In this document: piece by piece, positions 1 to 9,615 of the stretch
Layout of the letters: each line of letters begins with the position of its first letter
How positions within the stretch are numbered: position 1 is the first letter of the stretch
Source: Bacteroidales bacterium
GTDB taxonomy: Bacteria > Bacteroidota > Bacteroidia > Bacteroidales > ML635J-15
Assembly: GCA_028702535.1 (NCBI GenBank)
Contig: JAQVOR010000001.1
Coordinates: 11,470 to 75,469 of the forward strand
DNA length: 64,000 bases
Direction of reading: 5' to 3'
Translations under genes and position numbers: made by a program
Notes under the pieces: model-generated
The model's input: the letters and a program-made list of their open reading frames with translations, nothing else
What the model was told of the DNA's origin: nothing
Database searches by the model: none

Positions 1-247
1 CTGCAAGAGGTATTTGAGTGTATTCGTCAGTAAATTCATCATCTTTAACGACCATACGATATCGCCAAATTTCCACATCTCCTTTTGCATCGTTGATAAT
101 AACATCAAATTTACTATCTTCTCCAAATAGTTTTGTCAAAGTAGAAGTAAAAACGTCTTTTAAAACGCCGATCATTGTTGGACGATCAATGCTTTTTAAT
201 TCCTTAAATTCTGCAAAGGTGTCTATTAGGTTATTCTGCAACTCCAT
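1..247 (-). CDS. nusA: Transcription termination/antitermination factor NusA, N-terminal part (gene continues past the window start)
   Basis: The reverse-strand ATG at 247 translates to MELQNNLIDTFAEFKELKSIDRPTMIGVLKDVFTSTLTKLFGE..., typical of a NusA N-terminal domain. It starts 18 nt downstream of the rimP stop, the conserved rimP-nusA order. Confidence 0.8.
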   Translation of the reverse strand, partial: MELQNNLIDTFAEFKELKSIDRPTMIGVLKDVFTSTLTKLFGEDSKFDVIINDAKGDVEIWRYRMVVKDDEFTDEYTQIPLA

Positions 248-265
248 ATTTCATACATTATTTGT

Positions 266-727
266 TTATTTACTAAATGATATTTCACTTTTTGCTGATT
301 TTATATTTGTCTTATCAATTATATATTCTTCTTGTACCTCTTGTTTTTTATTAGCAATTTTTTTATTAAATATTTTTGTTACAACTATATTATCGTCATT
401 AAAAGCACTCAATTTTCCACATATTTTTTCACCATCCTTAGTAACAACCTCAATATTTGTGTTTAGAGCTTTAAGATATTGTTGATCAACTTTAAATGGT
501 TTTGATAGTCCAGGTGAGCCAACTTCTAAGGAGAAGTCTTCGGTGTCTCTATCAAGTTGAGATTCAATGTATCGGCTAATTCGTTTACAAGCTTCTATTG
601 TTATCCCATTAAGGTCATCTACATATAGAAAAATATCATTTGCATTGTTGATTTTAATGTCAACAATAAACTCGCTGTCGTTCAAACAAGCTTGGCAAAT
701 TTCTGATATTTTTTCTGCTTTCATCAT
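266..727 (-). CDS. rimP: Ribosome maturation factor RimP
   Basis: 153-aa ORF. The segment ...RISRYIESQLDRDTEDFSLEVGSPGLSKPF... is RimP-like, and the gene sits immediately upstream of nusA. Confidence 0.85.
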   Translation of the reverse strand: MMKAEKISEICQACLNDSEFIVDIKINNANDIFLYVDDLNGITIEACKRISRYIESQLDRDTEDFSLEVGSPGLSKPFKVDQQYLKALNTNIEVVTKDGEKICGKLSAFNDDNIVVTKIFNKKIANKKQEVQEEYIIDKTNIKSAKSEISFSK

Positions 728-735
728 ATATATTT

Positions 736-766
736 AATAAAATAGGGGACTTTTTGTTGGTCCCCC
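736..766 (-). terminator. Terminator-like hairpin plus U-tract in the rimP-nusA leader (candidate attenuator)
   Basis: Minus-strand RNA reads GGGGAC (765-760), CAACAAAAA loop, GUCCCC (750-745), then UAUUUUAUU (744-736). The tract ends 8 nt before the rimP ATG at 727. Confidence 0.5.
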
Positions 767-791
767 GGCATCTTTATACCCAAAAGTTTTG

Positions 792-822
792 CAAAAATAC
801 AAAAGTTTATGCAACTGCCAAA
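792..822 (-). promoter_or_regulatory. Candidate Bacteroidota-type promoter for rimP-nusA (TTTG-N19-TATTTTTG)
   Basis: On the minus strand, TTTG (822-819) is followed by a 19-nt spacer and TATTTTTG (799-792). This matches the Bacteroidetes -33 TTTG / -7 TAnnTTTG consensus. Confidence 0.45.
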
Positions 823-1106
823 ATTTTTATTATATTTTATAATAAGTCGTCTAATAAACTTTCGATATTTACATTTTAATGCAAATGTAAATATTTGAAT
901 GACGTTACTATTAAACTCTTATGACAATAATTAAATTGTGTTAGTTTTCACATTTTCAACTTGTTTAAACCAAACAGATTTGAATTATCAATAAATAAAA
1001 GATAATTGGAGTTGTTATTTTTTAATCAATTGTTATCATCATACGAACACTACATAAATACTGAACATAGGTTTGCATGCTAAGTAGTCTACTAAAAGAC
1101 TCACTA

Positions 1107-1337
1107 TTAAACAGATACCACTTCTTTTACTTCAGGGACATCTTTTTTTAGTTTATCTTCGACACCAAGTTTTAGAGTTTGAACACTAAAAGGGCATGAT
1201 CCACAAGCTCCTAAAAGTTTAACTCTAACAATAAAGTCAGGAGTAACTTCAACTAGGCTAATATCGCCACCATCAGCTTGAAGAAAAGGTCTTACTTCTT
1301 CAATTGATTTCTCTATTCTCTTTATTATTTCTTCCAT
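1107..1337 (-). CDS. NifU-like (Nfu-type) Fe-S cluster domain protein
   Basis: 76-aa ORF with ...RPFLQADGGDISLVEV...LLGACGSCPFS..., including the CxxC motif of the NifU C-terminal domain. Confidence 0.8.
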   Translation of the reverse strand: MEEIIKRIEKSIEEVRPFLQADGGDISLVEVTPDFIVRVKLLGACGSCPFSVQTLKLGVEDKLKKDVPEVKEVVSV

Positions 1338-1348
1338 TATATTATGTT

Positions 1349-2449
1349 TTATTTAATTATAACTTGTTGTGTAGGTGGTAATTCATTATTTCTTTTTTTA
1401 ATTGCATTTAAAAAATTATCAGCCAAATCATAAAATGCTTTACCAATAATTGATGTTATATCCATTGCTGCTGGTTTTCCGCTATCTCCACTTTCGCAAA
1501 GCGATTGAACAATTGGGATTTGAGCAAGCACTTTCGTATTTACTTCTTTGGCAAGTTTGTCGGTACCACCTTTTCCAAAAATATAATATTTATTTTCGGG
1601 TAATTCAGTAGGCGTAAACCACGCCATATTTTCAACTAAACCAAGCAAAGGCACATTAATGCTTTTAGATTTAAACATCGCAACTCCTTTTCTTGCATCA
1701 GCAATTGCGACTTCTTGGGGAGTACTGACAATAATTGCTCCAGTAACAGGCACAGATTGTACTAATGTTAAATGTATATCGCTAGTACCAGGAGGCATAT
1801 CAAAAAGTAAAAAATCTAGTTCTCCCCATTTTGTTTGATCAATAAGTTGTTTTAGAACTCCACCTGCCATTGGGCCACGCCAAATTGTTGCGTCGGCAGC
1901 ATTTACAAAAAACCCTACCGAAAGCATTTTTATTCCATACTTTTCTACTGGTACAAAGAGTTCTTTTCCGTCTTCAGTAATACCGCTTGGTTTTACATCC
2001 TCAACGCCAAACATTTTTGGAATACTTGGACCAAAAATATCGGCATCAACAACGCCAACACGATAGCCCTTTTGCACAAGAGCTACAGCAAGATTAACTG
2101 TTATTGTAGATTTTCCGACACCACCTTTTCCGCTGGCAATAGCAATAATGTTTTTAATCCCTTGGATACCGTTTGCATTTTTTGGTACAGGTTTTTGTTT
2201 GGCCTTTGCTTTAGTAGTTATGTTTATTATTGCATCAGCTCCAAAACATTTTTCTATCTCTGTTTTTATTCCACGCTTTATTGAGTTTATAAATGGATCC
2301 GTTATTTTATCAAATAATAGTGTTATATCGATAGAGTTATTATTAATTTCAAGATTTTCAATAATTCCAGAATCGATAATGTTTTGGGCAGTTTCGGGGT
2401 GGATAACTGTCTTTAATATACTTCTAATATTTTGTTTTGTAAATTCCAT
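1349..2449 (-). CDS. Mrp/ApbC-family Fe-S cluster carrier ATPase
   Basis: 366-aa ORF with the deviant Walker A SGKGGVGKST, DMPPGTSD and an N-terminal DUF59-like region. It is adjacent to the nfu-like gene. Confidence 0.85.
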   Translation of the reverse strand: MEFTKQNIRSILKTVIHPETAQNIIDSGIIENLEINNNSIDITLLFDKITDPFINSIKRGIKTEIEKCFGADAIINITTKAKAKQKPVPKNANGIQGIKNIIAIASGKGGVGKSTITVNLAVALVQKGYRVGVVDADIFGPSIPKMFGVEDVKPSGITEDGKELFVPVEKYGIKMLSVGFFVNAADATIWRGPMAGGVLKQLIDQTKWGELDFLLFDMPPGTSDIHLTLVQSVPVTGAIIVSTPQEVAIADARKGVAMFKSKSINVPLLGLVENMAWFTPTELPENKYYIFGKGGTDKLAKEVNTKVLAQIPIVQSLCESGDSGKPAAMDITSIIGKAFYDLADNFLNAIKKRNNELPPTQQVIIK

Positions 2450-2498
2450 TTTAAAAAATTTGAATTTATTTGAATAACAATAAAACTCAACAAATGTT

Positions 2499-3788
2499 TT
2501 ATAAACTCCAATAAGTTAAATCCTTAATTTTATTTTGAAAAGCTCCTTTAATGTCAATTAGTATTCCATTTTCGTTTGATAGTTCTTTAAAATAAGATTC
2601 ATCAAAATTGACATACTGTTTATGATTAACGGCAACGATTATTGCGTCATATTTCCCACTAGGTTTTTCAGATATCTCTACATCGTACTCTTTTATTACT
2701 TCGGAGGCATCGGCATAAGCATCAACCACATCGTAATGTACGTTATACTTTTTTAGTTCATCAAGAATATCTATAACTCTAGAGTTACGAATGTCGGTAA
2801 CATTTTCTTTAAAAGTCATGCCCATAACAAGCACACGTGATTTAGTAATTTCTTTCTTTTTAGAAATAATAAGTTTAACAGTTTTACTTGCCACATACGC
2901 ACCCATACCATCGTTAATTGCTCGTCCCGAATTTATCATACGAGCATGATAACCAAGTTCTTTTGCTTTATGAAGTAAATAGTATGGGTCAACGCCTATA
3001 CAATGTCCACCAACGAGGCCAGGAATAAAATTAAGAAAATTCCATTTGGTAGCTGCTGCTTCAATAACTTCAAATGTATTGATATTCATGTAGTCGAAAA
3101 TCATTGATAATTCGTTCATCAAAGCAATATTAACATCACGTTGTGTGTTTTCAATTATTTTTGCAGCTTCGGCAACTTTAATTGAGCTTGCACGATGCAC
3201 ACCTGCTTTGATTATTATTTCGTAAATTTTTGCAATATTTTCGGCAGATACTACATCACAACCCGATGATATTTTTACAATATTTGTTAATGTATGAACT
3301 TTGTCTCCAGGATTAATACGCTCAGGTGAAAAACCAACTTTAAAGTCTTCAATGAATTTTAATCCTGACATTTGCTCAAGAACAGGGACACAGTCTTCCT
3401 CGGTGCATCCAGGATATACTGTCGATTCGTAAACAACATAATCTCCTTTTTTTAATATTTTACCTAATGTTTTTGATGCTTTGAGTACTGGAGTGAGGTC
3501 GGGTAAATTATGGTCGTCGATAGGTGTTGGAACAGCAACTATGTGAAAATGACAATCTTTGAGGTCTTCGGGGTTTGCCGTAAACATTATATCACAATTT
3601 TCAAACTCAGCTGGAGCTAATTCATTACTTGGATCAATTCCTTTTTTCATCATCTCAATTCTTTCGGCTTTTATGTCGAAACCGACAACCTTAACATGCT
3701 TAGCAAACTCTAAAGCAATTGGTAATCCTACGTATCCAAGACCTATTACAGATATTTTCTTTTCTTTTTTTATGATTGAATTATACAT
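2499..3788 (-). CDS. Nucleotide-sugar 6-dehydrogenase (UDP-N-acetylhexosamine dehydrogenase, WbpA/TviB/WecC-like)
   Basis: 429-aa ORF with an N-terminal Rossmann motif (VIGLGYVGLP), the catalytic-Cys region GGHCIG and the UDPG_MGDP_dh architecture. Confidence 0.8.
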   Translation of the reverse strand: MYNSIIKKEKKISVIGLGYVGLPIALEFAKHVKVVGFDIKAERIEMMKKGIDPSNELAPAEFENCDIMFTANPEDLKDCHFHIVAVPTPIDDHNLPDLTPVLKASKTLGKILKKGDYVVYESTVYPGCTEEDCVPVLEQMSGLKFIEDFKVGFSPERINPGDKVHTLTNIVKISSGCDVVSAENIAKIYEIIIKAGVHRASSIKVAEAAKIIENTQRDVNIALMNELSMIFDYMNINTFEVIEAAATKWNFLNFIPGLVGGHCIGVDPYYLLHKAKELGYHARMINSGRAINDGMGAYVASKTVKLIISKKKEITKSRVLVMGMTFKENVTDIRNSRVIDILDELKKYNVHYDVVDAYADASEVIKEYDVEISEKPSGKYDAIIVAVNHKQYVNFDESYFKELSNENGILIDIKGAFQNKIKDLTYWSL

Positions 3789-3850
3789 AAAGTTTTATTG
3801 TTAAATATTTCACAAATCAATAGTGTAAAAATAATTTATTTATTTAATCT

Positions 3851-4801
3851 TCAAAATGTTTTTTTTAATAATGGGTGATATTCTCCTTTGATGCCAATCG
3901 CAACGGCATTTCGGATATCATAAACCATATTTAATGAGTTACGAGCATCTTGCAATCCAAAACCGTTTCCAGCTAAAATATGCTTGTAGCTTTCGGTATG
4001 CAAATCAGTAAATCCATCGCTAAACTCTATTTCTTGATTTTCTAATTTAATTGAGCGATATGTTCTCTGTCCTTTGGCTTTAATATCATCTGGGAGCATA
4101 TTCTCATCTATTGATAAAACCCAACGTACTCTTGCTCGTTCGAGCTCAAGAAAACCAGCTGCTTTGTCTTTTTCACTTAATTGAACAATACTAGATTTTA
4201 CTTTTCCAAAAATCCAGCTTAACATATCAAAAAAGTGAACTCCAATATTTGTGGCTATACCGCCCGATTTTTGTATATCGCCTTTCCATGAATAATGATA
4301 CCATTTACCACGCGAAGTTATGTATGCTAAATCAATATCATAAATCTTATCTTTTGGTCCGTTATCAATTTTATTTTTTAATTCAATAATTGATTTATGC
4401 AAACGTAATTGTAAGATATTGTAAATTTTATTGCCAGTTTCTTTTTCAATTTCTTCGAGAGCGTCAATATTCCAAGGGTTTAACACTAATGGTTTTTCGC
4501 ATATTGCGTTTGCCTTGTGTCTAAGTGCAAATCTTATATGCGAGTCGTGTAAATAGTTTGGAGAGCATATACTTACATAGTCAATTTTTTTATCTGTACG
4601 GCTCAATTTATCAACATGTCTTTCGAATCTTTCAAATTCATGAAAAAAGTCTGCTTCTGGAAAATGAGCATCCAAAAAACCCACACTGTCAAAAGGATCG
4701 AGTGTTGCGATTAAGTTATTTCCTGTTTCTTTGATAGCTTTTACGTGCCTAAGGGCAATGTATCCGCCAACACCTACAAGTGCAAAATTTATATTTGACA
4801 T
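3851..4801 (-). CDS. Gfo/Idh/MocA-family oxidoreductase (WbpB-like sugar-nucleotide 3-dehydrogenase)
   Basis: 316-aa ORF with N-terminal ALVGVGGYIALRHVKAI and the EKP motif (CEKPL). It lies between the dehydrogenase and the acetyltransferase. Confidence 0.7.
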   Translation of the reverse strand: MSNINFALVGVGGYIALRHVKAIKETGNNLIATLDPFDSVGFLDAHFPEADFFHEFERFERHVDKLSRTDKKIDYVSICSPNYLHDSHIRFALRHKANAICEKPLVLNPWNIDALEEIEKETGNKIYNILQLRLHKSIIELKNKIDNGPKDKIYDIDLAYITSRGKWYHYSWKGDIQKSGGIATNIGVHFFDMLSWIFGKVKSSIVQLSEKDKAAGFLELERARVRWVLSIDENMLPDDIKAKGQRTYRSIKLENQEIEFSDGFTDLHTESYKHILAGNGFGLQDARNSLNMVYDIRNAVAIGIKGEYHPLLKKTF

Positions 4802-4804
4802 ACA

Positions 4805-5380
4805 CTAAAGTTTTGTTATTACATTATTTTTAAATTGATACTTATCTTTACTCTCGGGACATATTGCAATTCCGTTGTCATCAAATTTGAGACGATGCCC
4901 GTATTCACTCATCCATCCTTTTTGTATGGCAGGATTACCAACTACAAGAGCATAATCGGGAACTTCTTTTGTAACAACTGCACCAGCTCCAATAAACGCA
5001 AAACGTCCAATATTATGCCCACAAACGATAGTTGCATTTGCTCCAATAGTTGCTCCATGTTTAACAGTAGTTTTTGTATATTCGCCACGTCTGTTTACTG
5101 CACTTCGTGGATTGCTTACATTTGTAAATACCATCGATGGACCCAAAAAAACATCATCTTCACAAATAACTCCTGTGTATATGGAGACATTGTTTTGAAC
5201 TTTTACATTGTTTCCTAATATAACATCTGGCGAAACCACAACATTTTGACCTATATTACAATTACGTCCCAGTTTGCAATTAGACATAATATGCGAAAAA
5301 TGCCAGATTTTTGTTCCGTCACCAATTTCACAATTCTCGTCAATAATAGCAGTCTCGTGAGCAAAATAATTAATACTCAT
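4805..5380 (-). CDS. Hexapeptide-repeat (left-handed beta-helix) N-acetyltransferase, WbpD-like
   Basis: 191-aa ORF with repeated [LIV]G-x4 hexapeptides (IGDGTKI, IGQNVVV, LGNNVKV, IGANATI). Its stop is 4 nt from the start of the downstream oxidoreductase gene. Confidence 0.7.
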   Translation of the reverse strand: MSINYFAHETAIIDENCEIGDGTKIWHFSHIMSNCKLGRNCNIGQNVVVSPDVILGNNVKVQNNVSIYTGVICEDDVFLGPSMVFTNVSNPRSAVNRRGEYTKTTVKHGATIGANATIVCGHNIGRFAFIGAGAVVTKEVPDYALVVGNPAIQKGWMSEYGHRLKFDDNGIAICPESKDKYQFKNNVITKL

Positions 5381-5561
5381 ACTTAATAAATTTATGCAAA
5401 AGTAATTAATATTTAATGATTGTAAAACTTTAATAAAGGTTTAATTTTCTTACAGACACTAAGTAAAGGATAGTCGCTAATGATAAACTATTGATATAAC
5501 ATCTATAAAATAGCTCATGTTTTTAATTCTTTTACTATTTTTGCAATAATATTTATATAGT

Positions 5562-6686
5562 ATGAAGTTTAAGAAGGTAATAGGGCAATATGAAATAAAA
5601 GAGAAGCTTATACAGGCATACCACGATAATAGGGTAAGTCATAGTTATCTTTTTTATGGTTCTCCAGGAGTTGGTAAATTAGCTCTTGCAATTGCTTTTG
5701 CTCAGTATATGTCTTGTACAAATAAAACTGATACAGATAGTTGTGGAGAATGCCCAAGTTGTAAAAAGTTTGAGAAATTAATTCATCCCGATTTACATTT
5801 TGTTTTTCCTGTTATTTCGACTCCAAAGAAAAAGTCGATTAGTGATAACTATATTCAGGAATGGCGAACCCAAGTGCTTGAGGATGCGTATTTTAGCTAT
5901 AATGAGTGGTTGTTTTCAATTGCTAGTGATAATAAACAAGGCAGTATTTTTGCGGATGAGGCTTCTGAAATTGCCAAAAAATTAAACTTAAAAACGTTTG
6001 AATCAGATTATAAATTTATGATTATTTGGTTACCAGAGCGAATGAATAGTTCGTGTGCTAACAAGATACTTAAAATTCTTGAAGAGCCTCCACAAAACAC
6101 TATAATTATATCTATCAGTGATAATCATCATGATATTTTGCCAACTATCAGATCGCGAACACAGCCTGTTAAAATATTAGGAATCGAAGATGAACAACTA
6201 AAAAGAGCCATCATTAACCAATATAATATTAATGAAAGTATGGCATCAGACATTGTAAAAATAAGCAATGGCAGTCTTTTTGAAGCTCGCAATCAAATAA
6301 TCACAAATGACGAAACAGAATATAATCTCGCTAAGTTTACCGAACTAATGAGGACTTGTTATAGCCATAAGATACATGATGCAATAAATTTGTCAGAAGA
6401 ATTAGCAAAAAATCCTAGGGAAAAGCAAAAGGGTTTTTTATATTATTGTTTGGTATTACTAAGAGAAAATTTTGCATATAATACAAAATTAGATAGTGTG
6501 ATATATATGACAAACTCCGAATTGGAATTTTCGAAAAAATTTGCGAGATTTGTAAATAAAGAAAATGTTAATGAATTAGTGCAAATATTTGAAGAAGCAC
6601 ATTATCACATTGAACGCAATGTAAATGCTAAGCTTGTTTTTACTGACTCAGCATTTAAAATTATGAAAGTTATTAGGAAAAATTAA
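5562..6686 (+). CDS. holB: DNA polymerase III delta-prime subunit (clamp-loader AAA+)
   Basis: 374-aa ORF with the pattern HSYLFYGSPGVGK ... CGECPSCKKF (zinc module) ... ILKILEEPP ... TIRSRTQ. Confidence 0.8.
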   Translation: MKFKKVIGQYEIKEKLIQAYHDNRVSHSYLFYGSPGVGKLALAIAFAQYMSCTNKTDTDSCGECPSCKKFEKLIHPDLHFVFPVISTPKKKSISDNYIQEWRTQVLEDAYFSYNEWLFSIASDNKQGSIFADEASEIAKKLNLKTFESDYKFMIIWLPERMNSSCANKILKILEEPPQNTIIISISDNHHDILPTIRSRTQPVKILGIEDEQLKRAIINQYNINESMASDIVKISNGSLFEARNQIITNDETEYNLAKFTELMRTCYSHKIHDAINLSEELAKNPREKQKGFLYYCLVLLRENFAYNTKLDSVIYMTNSELEFSKKFARFVNKENVNELVQIFEEAHYHIERNVNAKLVFTDSAFKIMKVIRKN

Positions 6687-6690
6687 AATT

Positions 6691-7845
6691 ATGACAGACC
6701 GAGAATACGAAAGAGGATGTACAACATCAAATGTTGATGAGAGCAGTCCCAATATAAATATTATTGATTGTTGCAATAAACTTAATGTTTATGATTGGCT
6801 TAAAGACATTAACGACCCATTAACTCAAGATAGATATGTTGAAGTAAGGTTTAAGAACACACGTAAAGGAATTTTTGAAAACACCTCTAATCTTGTTTTA
6901 CAAACTGGAGATATTGTCGCAGTAGAATCATCGCCTGGTCATGACATCGGAATAATTTCTGCTACTGGTCATATTGCGATGCTTCAGATGAAAAAACAAA
7001 AACCATCCAAAGATGACATTCCTAAAAAAGTATATCGAAAAGCAAAAGCTTCTGATATTCAAAAATGGCGTGAGGCGATTAGTCTCGAAATGCCTACCAT
7101 GATTCGTACACGGGAGATAGCCGATAATTTAAAATTATCTATGAAAATTGGTGATGTCGAATTTCAGGGAGATAAAACGAAAGCAATTTTTTATTATATA
7201 GCAGAAGAACGAGTTGATTTTAGAGAATTGATTAAAAAAATGGCTGAAGAGTTCCGCATTCGCATTGAGATGAAACAAATAGGAGCCAGACAAGAAGCCA
7301 GTAGAATTGGAGGAATTGGACCTTGTGGACGTGAGCTTTGCTGTACAACATGGTTGTATGACTTTAATTCAGTTTCAACAAACTCTGCTAGACTGCAAGA
7401 GCTATCATTAAACCCACAAAAACTCGCTGGACAATGTAGTAAACTTAAATGCTGTTTAAATTACGAACTACCTATTTATTTGAATGAACGTAAGCTATTC
7501 CCAGAAAAAATCCTAAGTTTAAAAACAAAACAAGGAGAGGCGTTTCACATCAAAAACGACATTTTCAAACAACTTATGTATTACGAAGTAAGAATTAATG
7601 AGATTCCTGTAATCAGAGCTTTACATGTTAATAAAGTCAAAGAAATTATGGAATTAAATAAAAAAGGGATTATTCCCGACGAAATATTTGAACTTGAAAA
7701 GCCTGGTGGACGAAATGCAATATATAAAGATGAGTTAAACTCTGAAAGTCTGACAAGATTTGATGCTCCTGATAAAAAGAATAAAAATGTTAAAAAGAAA
7801 AAGAAACGTAATTTTAAACCTATACGAAATGACAAAAAAGATTAA
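6691..7845 (+). CDS. PSP1/RicT (YaaT)-family protein
   Basis: 384-aa ORF with the PSP1 C-terminal signature ...GGIGPCGRELCCTTWL...QCSKLKCCLNYE... It follows holB, the common holB-ricT arrangement. The tail is Lys-rich. Confidence 0.8.
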   Translation: MTDREYERGCTTSNVDESSPNINIIDCCNKLNVYDWLKDINDPLTQDRYVEVRFKNTRKGIFENTSNLVLQTGDIVAVESSPGHDIGIISATGHIAMLQMKKQKPSKDDIPKKVYRKAKASDIQKWREAISLEMPTMIRTREIADNLKLSMKIGDVEFQGDKTKAIFYYIAEERVDFRELIKKMAEEFRIRIEMKQIGARQEASRIGGIGPCGRELCCTTWLYDFNSVSTNSARLQELSLNPQKLAGQCSKLKCCLNYELPIYLNERKLFPEKILSLKTKQGEAFHIKNDIFKQLMYYEVRINEIPVIRALHVNKVKEIMELNKKGIIPDEIFELEKPGGRNAIYKDELNSESLTRFDAPDKKNKNVKKKKKRNFKPIRNDKKD

Positions 7846-8305
7846 AATTCTTTTAGCCGTATCTTTGATGCTTATCCTAATGTCTTGTGATAGGAATAAG
7901 GTATATGAAGATTACATAAAGATTGAGGATGGGATATGGGCTCAAGAAAATATTGCTAAATTTGAATTCGAAATTAATGATACGAGCGATATATATAACG
8001 TTTTGATCAATCTCCGTCATGCCAGCATATATCCATACAATAATTTGTGGTTGTTTGTAAAATCATCCGCTCCAAACGGTACTATAAATATAGACACAGT
8101 AGAATGCCTCCTTGTCAACAAAGATAATCGTTGGCTAGGTGATGGTATGGGGGATATCTGGGATATTCAAGTCCCATGGAAAAATAATATTCGATTCTCC
8201 CATCAAGGGATTTATAGAATCGAATTTGAACAAGCAATGAGAGTAAAAAACCTACCAGGCGTTATGGACGTTGGATTAAGAGTAGAAAAAATTAATGCAA
8301 ATTAG
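7829..8305 (+). CDS. gldH: Gliding-motility lipoprotein GldH
   Basis: The internal ATG at 7829 gives MTKKIKILLAVSLMLILMSCD (lipoprotein signal with lipobox Cys). The remainder is GldH-like (...NLWLFV...DGMGD...). The longer ORF in the track (from 7760) overlaps the ricT-like gene. Confidence 0.75.
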   Translation: MTKKIKILLAVSLMLILMSCDRNKVYEDYIKIEDGIWAQENIAKFEFEINDTSDIYNVLINLRHASIYPYNNLWLFVKSSAPNGTINIDTVECLLVNKDNRWLGDGMGDIWDIQVPWKNNIRFSHQGIYRIEFEQAMRVKNLPGVMDVGLRVEKINAN

Positions 8306-8311
8306 TTTAGC

Positions 8312-9022
8312 ATGTCGAAAAAAAATAAATTGTCGAAATTTGCAGAAAATAAAACTTTCCCTCATTTTTTTGAACCTACTTTGTTTTATGATAAAATTGA
8401 AGATTTTGAGTTAAAAGCTAAATGGAATTCTGACTTTTTTAAGAATAATAATCCCATTTGTTTAGAATTAGGGTGCGGAAAAGGGGAATATTCAGTTTAT
8501 ATGGCCAAAACAGATACTAATAAAAATTTTATAGGAATAGATATTAAAGGTGCGCGAATGTGGCGTGGTGCAAAAAACGCAATCGGGTATAATCTTAAAA
8601 ATATTGCTTTTATAAGAACAAGAGTCGAATTCACCCCTTTATGCTTTGAGAAAAATGAAATAGATGAAATATGGATTACTTTTCCAGATCCTCAATTAGG
8701 ACCAAAAAATAGAATCAAAAAACGTCTGACATCCCCTCGATTTCTTTCTTATTATCAAAGTTTTCTTAAGAACAATGCTTGCATTAATTTAAAAACTGAC
8801 GATACCACGCTTTATAATTACACTAAACAAGTACTACTAGTTAATAATCTCGAAATTTTGGTAGATACAGATAATCTTTATAAGTCTAAACATTACGTTG
8901 ATGTTCTTCAATTAAAAACACATTATGAAAAATTGTGGAATAGCGAGAACAAAGACATTAAATACTTAAAGTTTAGATTGCCATCGGATCAAACATTATT
9001 AAACCCTGCCAATGATGCCTAA
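8312..9022 (+). CDS. trmB: tRNA (guanine46-N7)-methyltransferase
   Basis: 236-aa ORF with the TrmB pattern LELGCGKGEY ... ITFPDPQ. Confidence 0.85.
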   Translation: MSKKNKLSKFAENKTFPHFFEPTLFYDKIEDFELKAKWNSDFFKNNNPICLELGCGKGEYSVYMAKTDTNKNFIGIDIKGARMWRGAKNAIGYNLKNIAFIRTRVEFTPLCFEKNEIDEIWITFPDPQLGPKNRIKKRLTSPRFLSYYQSFLKNNACINLKTDDTTLYNYTKQVLLVNNLEILVDTDNLYKSKHYVDVLQLKTHYEKLWNSENKDIKYLKFRLPSDQTLLNPANDA

Positions 9023-9258
9023 CAGCAAAGAAATTGGTTTTTTTATAGAGTATATAAGCTTGTAAGCAACAAGCCCCTTGGAAAAGTTAAACCAAAGTGA
9101 TAAAATAATGCGATTTTAAAACACTAATGAATGTTCAAACCCCCTGAAAATGAGTAAACTAAAGAAAAAATTCGTGTAAAGTCAAAAAATATTACTAAAA
9201 CTAAGAGAAAATAAAAATATATAACTACTTTTGTGACTTAATTTATAATTTTAATTGA

Positions 9259-9513
9259 ATGAATATTTTTATTGGAAATTTACCTTATACAATTAAGGCA
9301 AATGATTTGAAAAGTTTTTTTGAGGAATACGGAGAAGTCGAGTCTGCAAAAATTATTACAGACAGAGATACTGGTAGAAGTAAAGGCTTTGGTTTTATCG
9401 AAATGTTAAACGATGATGCTGCTCTAAAATCTATCGAAGAACTTAATGGAGCCGAACTTGACGGTAGAACAATTGTTGTTAATCAAGCAAAAGAAAGACA
9501 AGGCGGAAGATAA
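9259..9513 (+). CDS. RRM-type RNA-binding protein
   Basis: 84-aa ORF with RNP2 (NIFIGNL) and RNP1 (KGFGFIEM) motifs. Confidence 0.85.
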   Translation: MNIFIGNLPYTIKANDLKSFFEEYGEVESAKIITDRDTGRSKGFGFIEMLNDDAALKSIEELNGAELDGRTIVVNQAKERQGGR

Positions 9514-9575
9514 TTGTAAAGAAAACATAAAGTTTGTGAGTTCTTACTCTTCGCTTAAACGCTATTTTCTTATCT

Positions 9576-9615
9576 AAGGGTTTGTCAAACAATAAAGTAT
9601 GCAGAATTAATGAGG
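9576..9615 (+). repeat. Dispersed ~40-nt element, copy A
   Basis: Sequence AAGGGTTTGTCAAACAATAAAGTATGCAGAATTAATGAGG. It is near-identical to the inverted copy at 29697-29736 and the direct copy at 30428-30466. Confidence 0.85.

Noticed and set aside
18-485. 155-aa forward ORF at the window start
   Set aside because: It is antisense to the well-supported nusA and rimP genes. The translation is low-complexity (Ser/Leu/Ile/Phe-rich) with no recognisable motif.
9057-9074. Hairpin AGCTTGT-AAGCA-ACAAGC after trmB
   Set aside because: The stem is only 6 bp and no T-run follows, so a terminator call cannot be supported.
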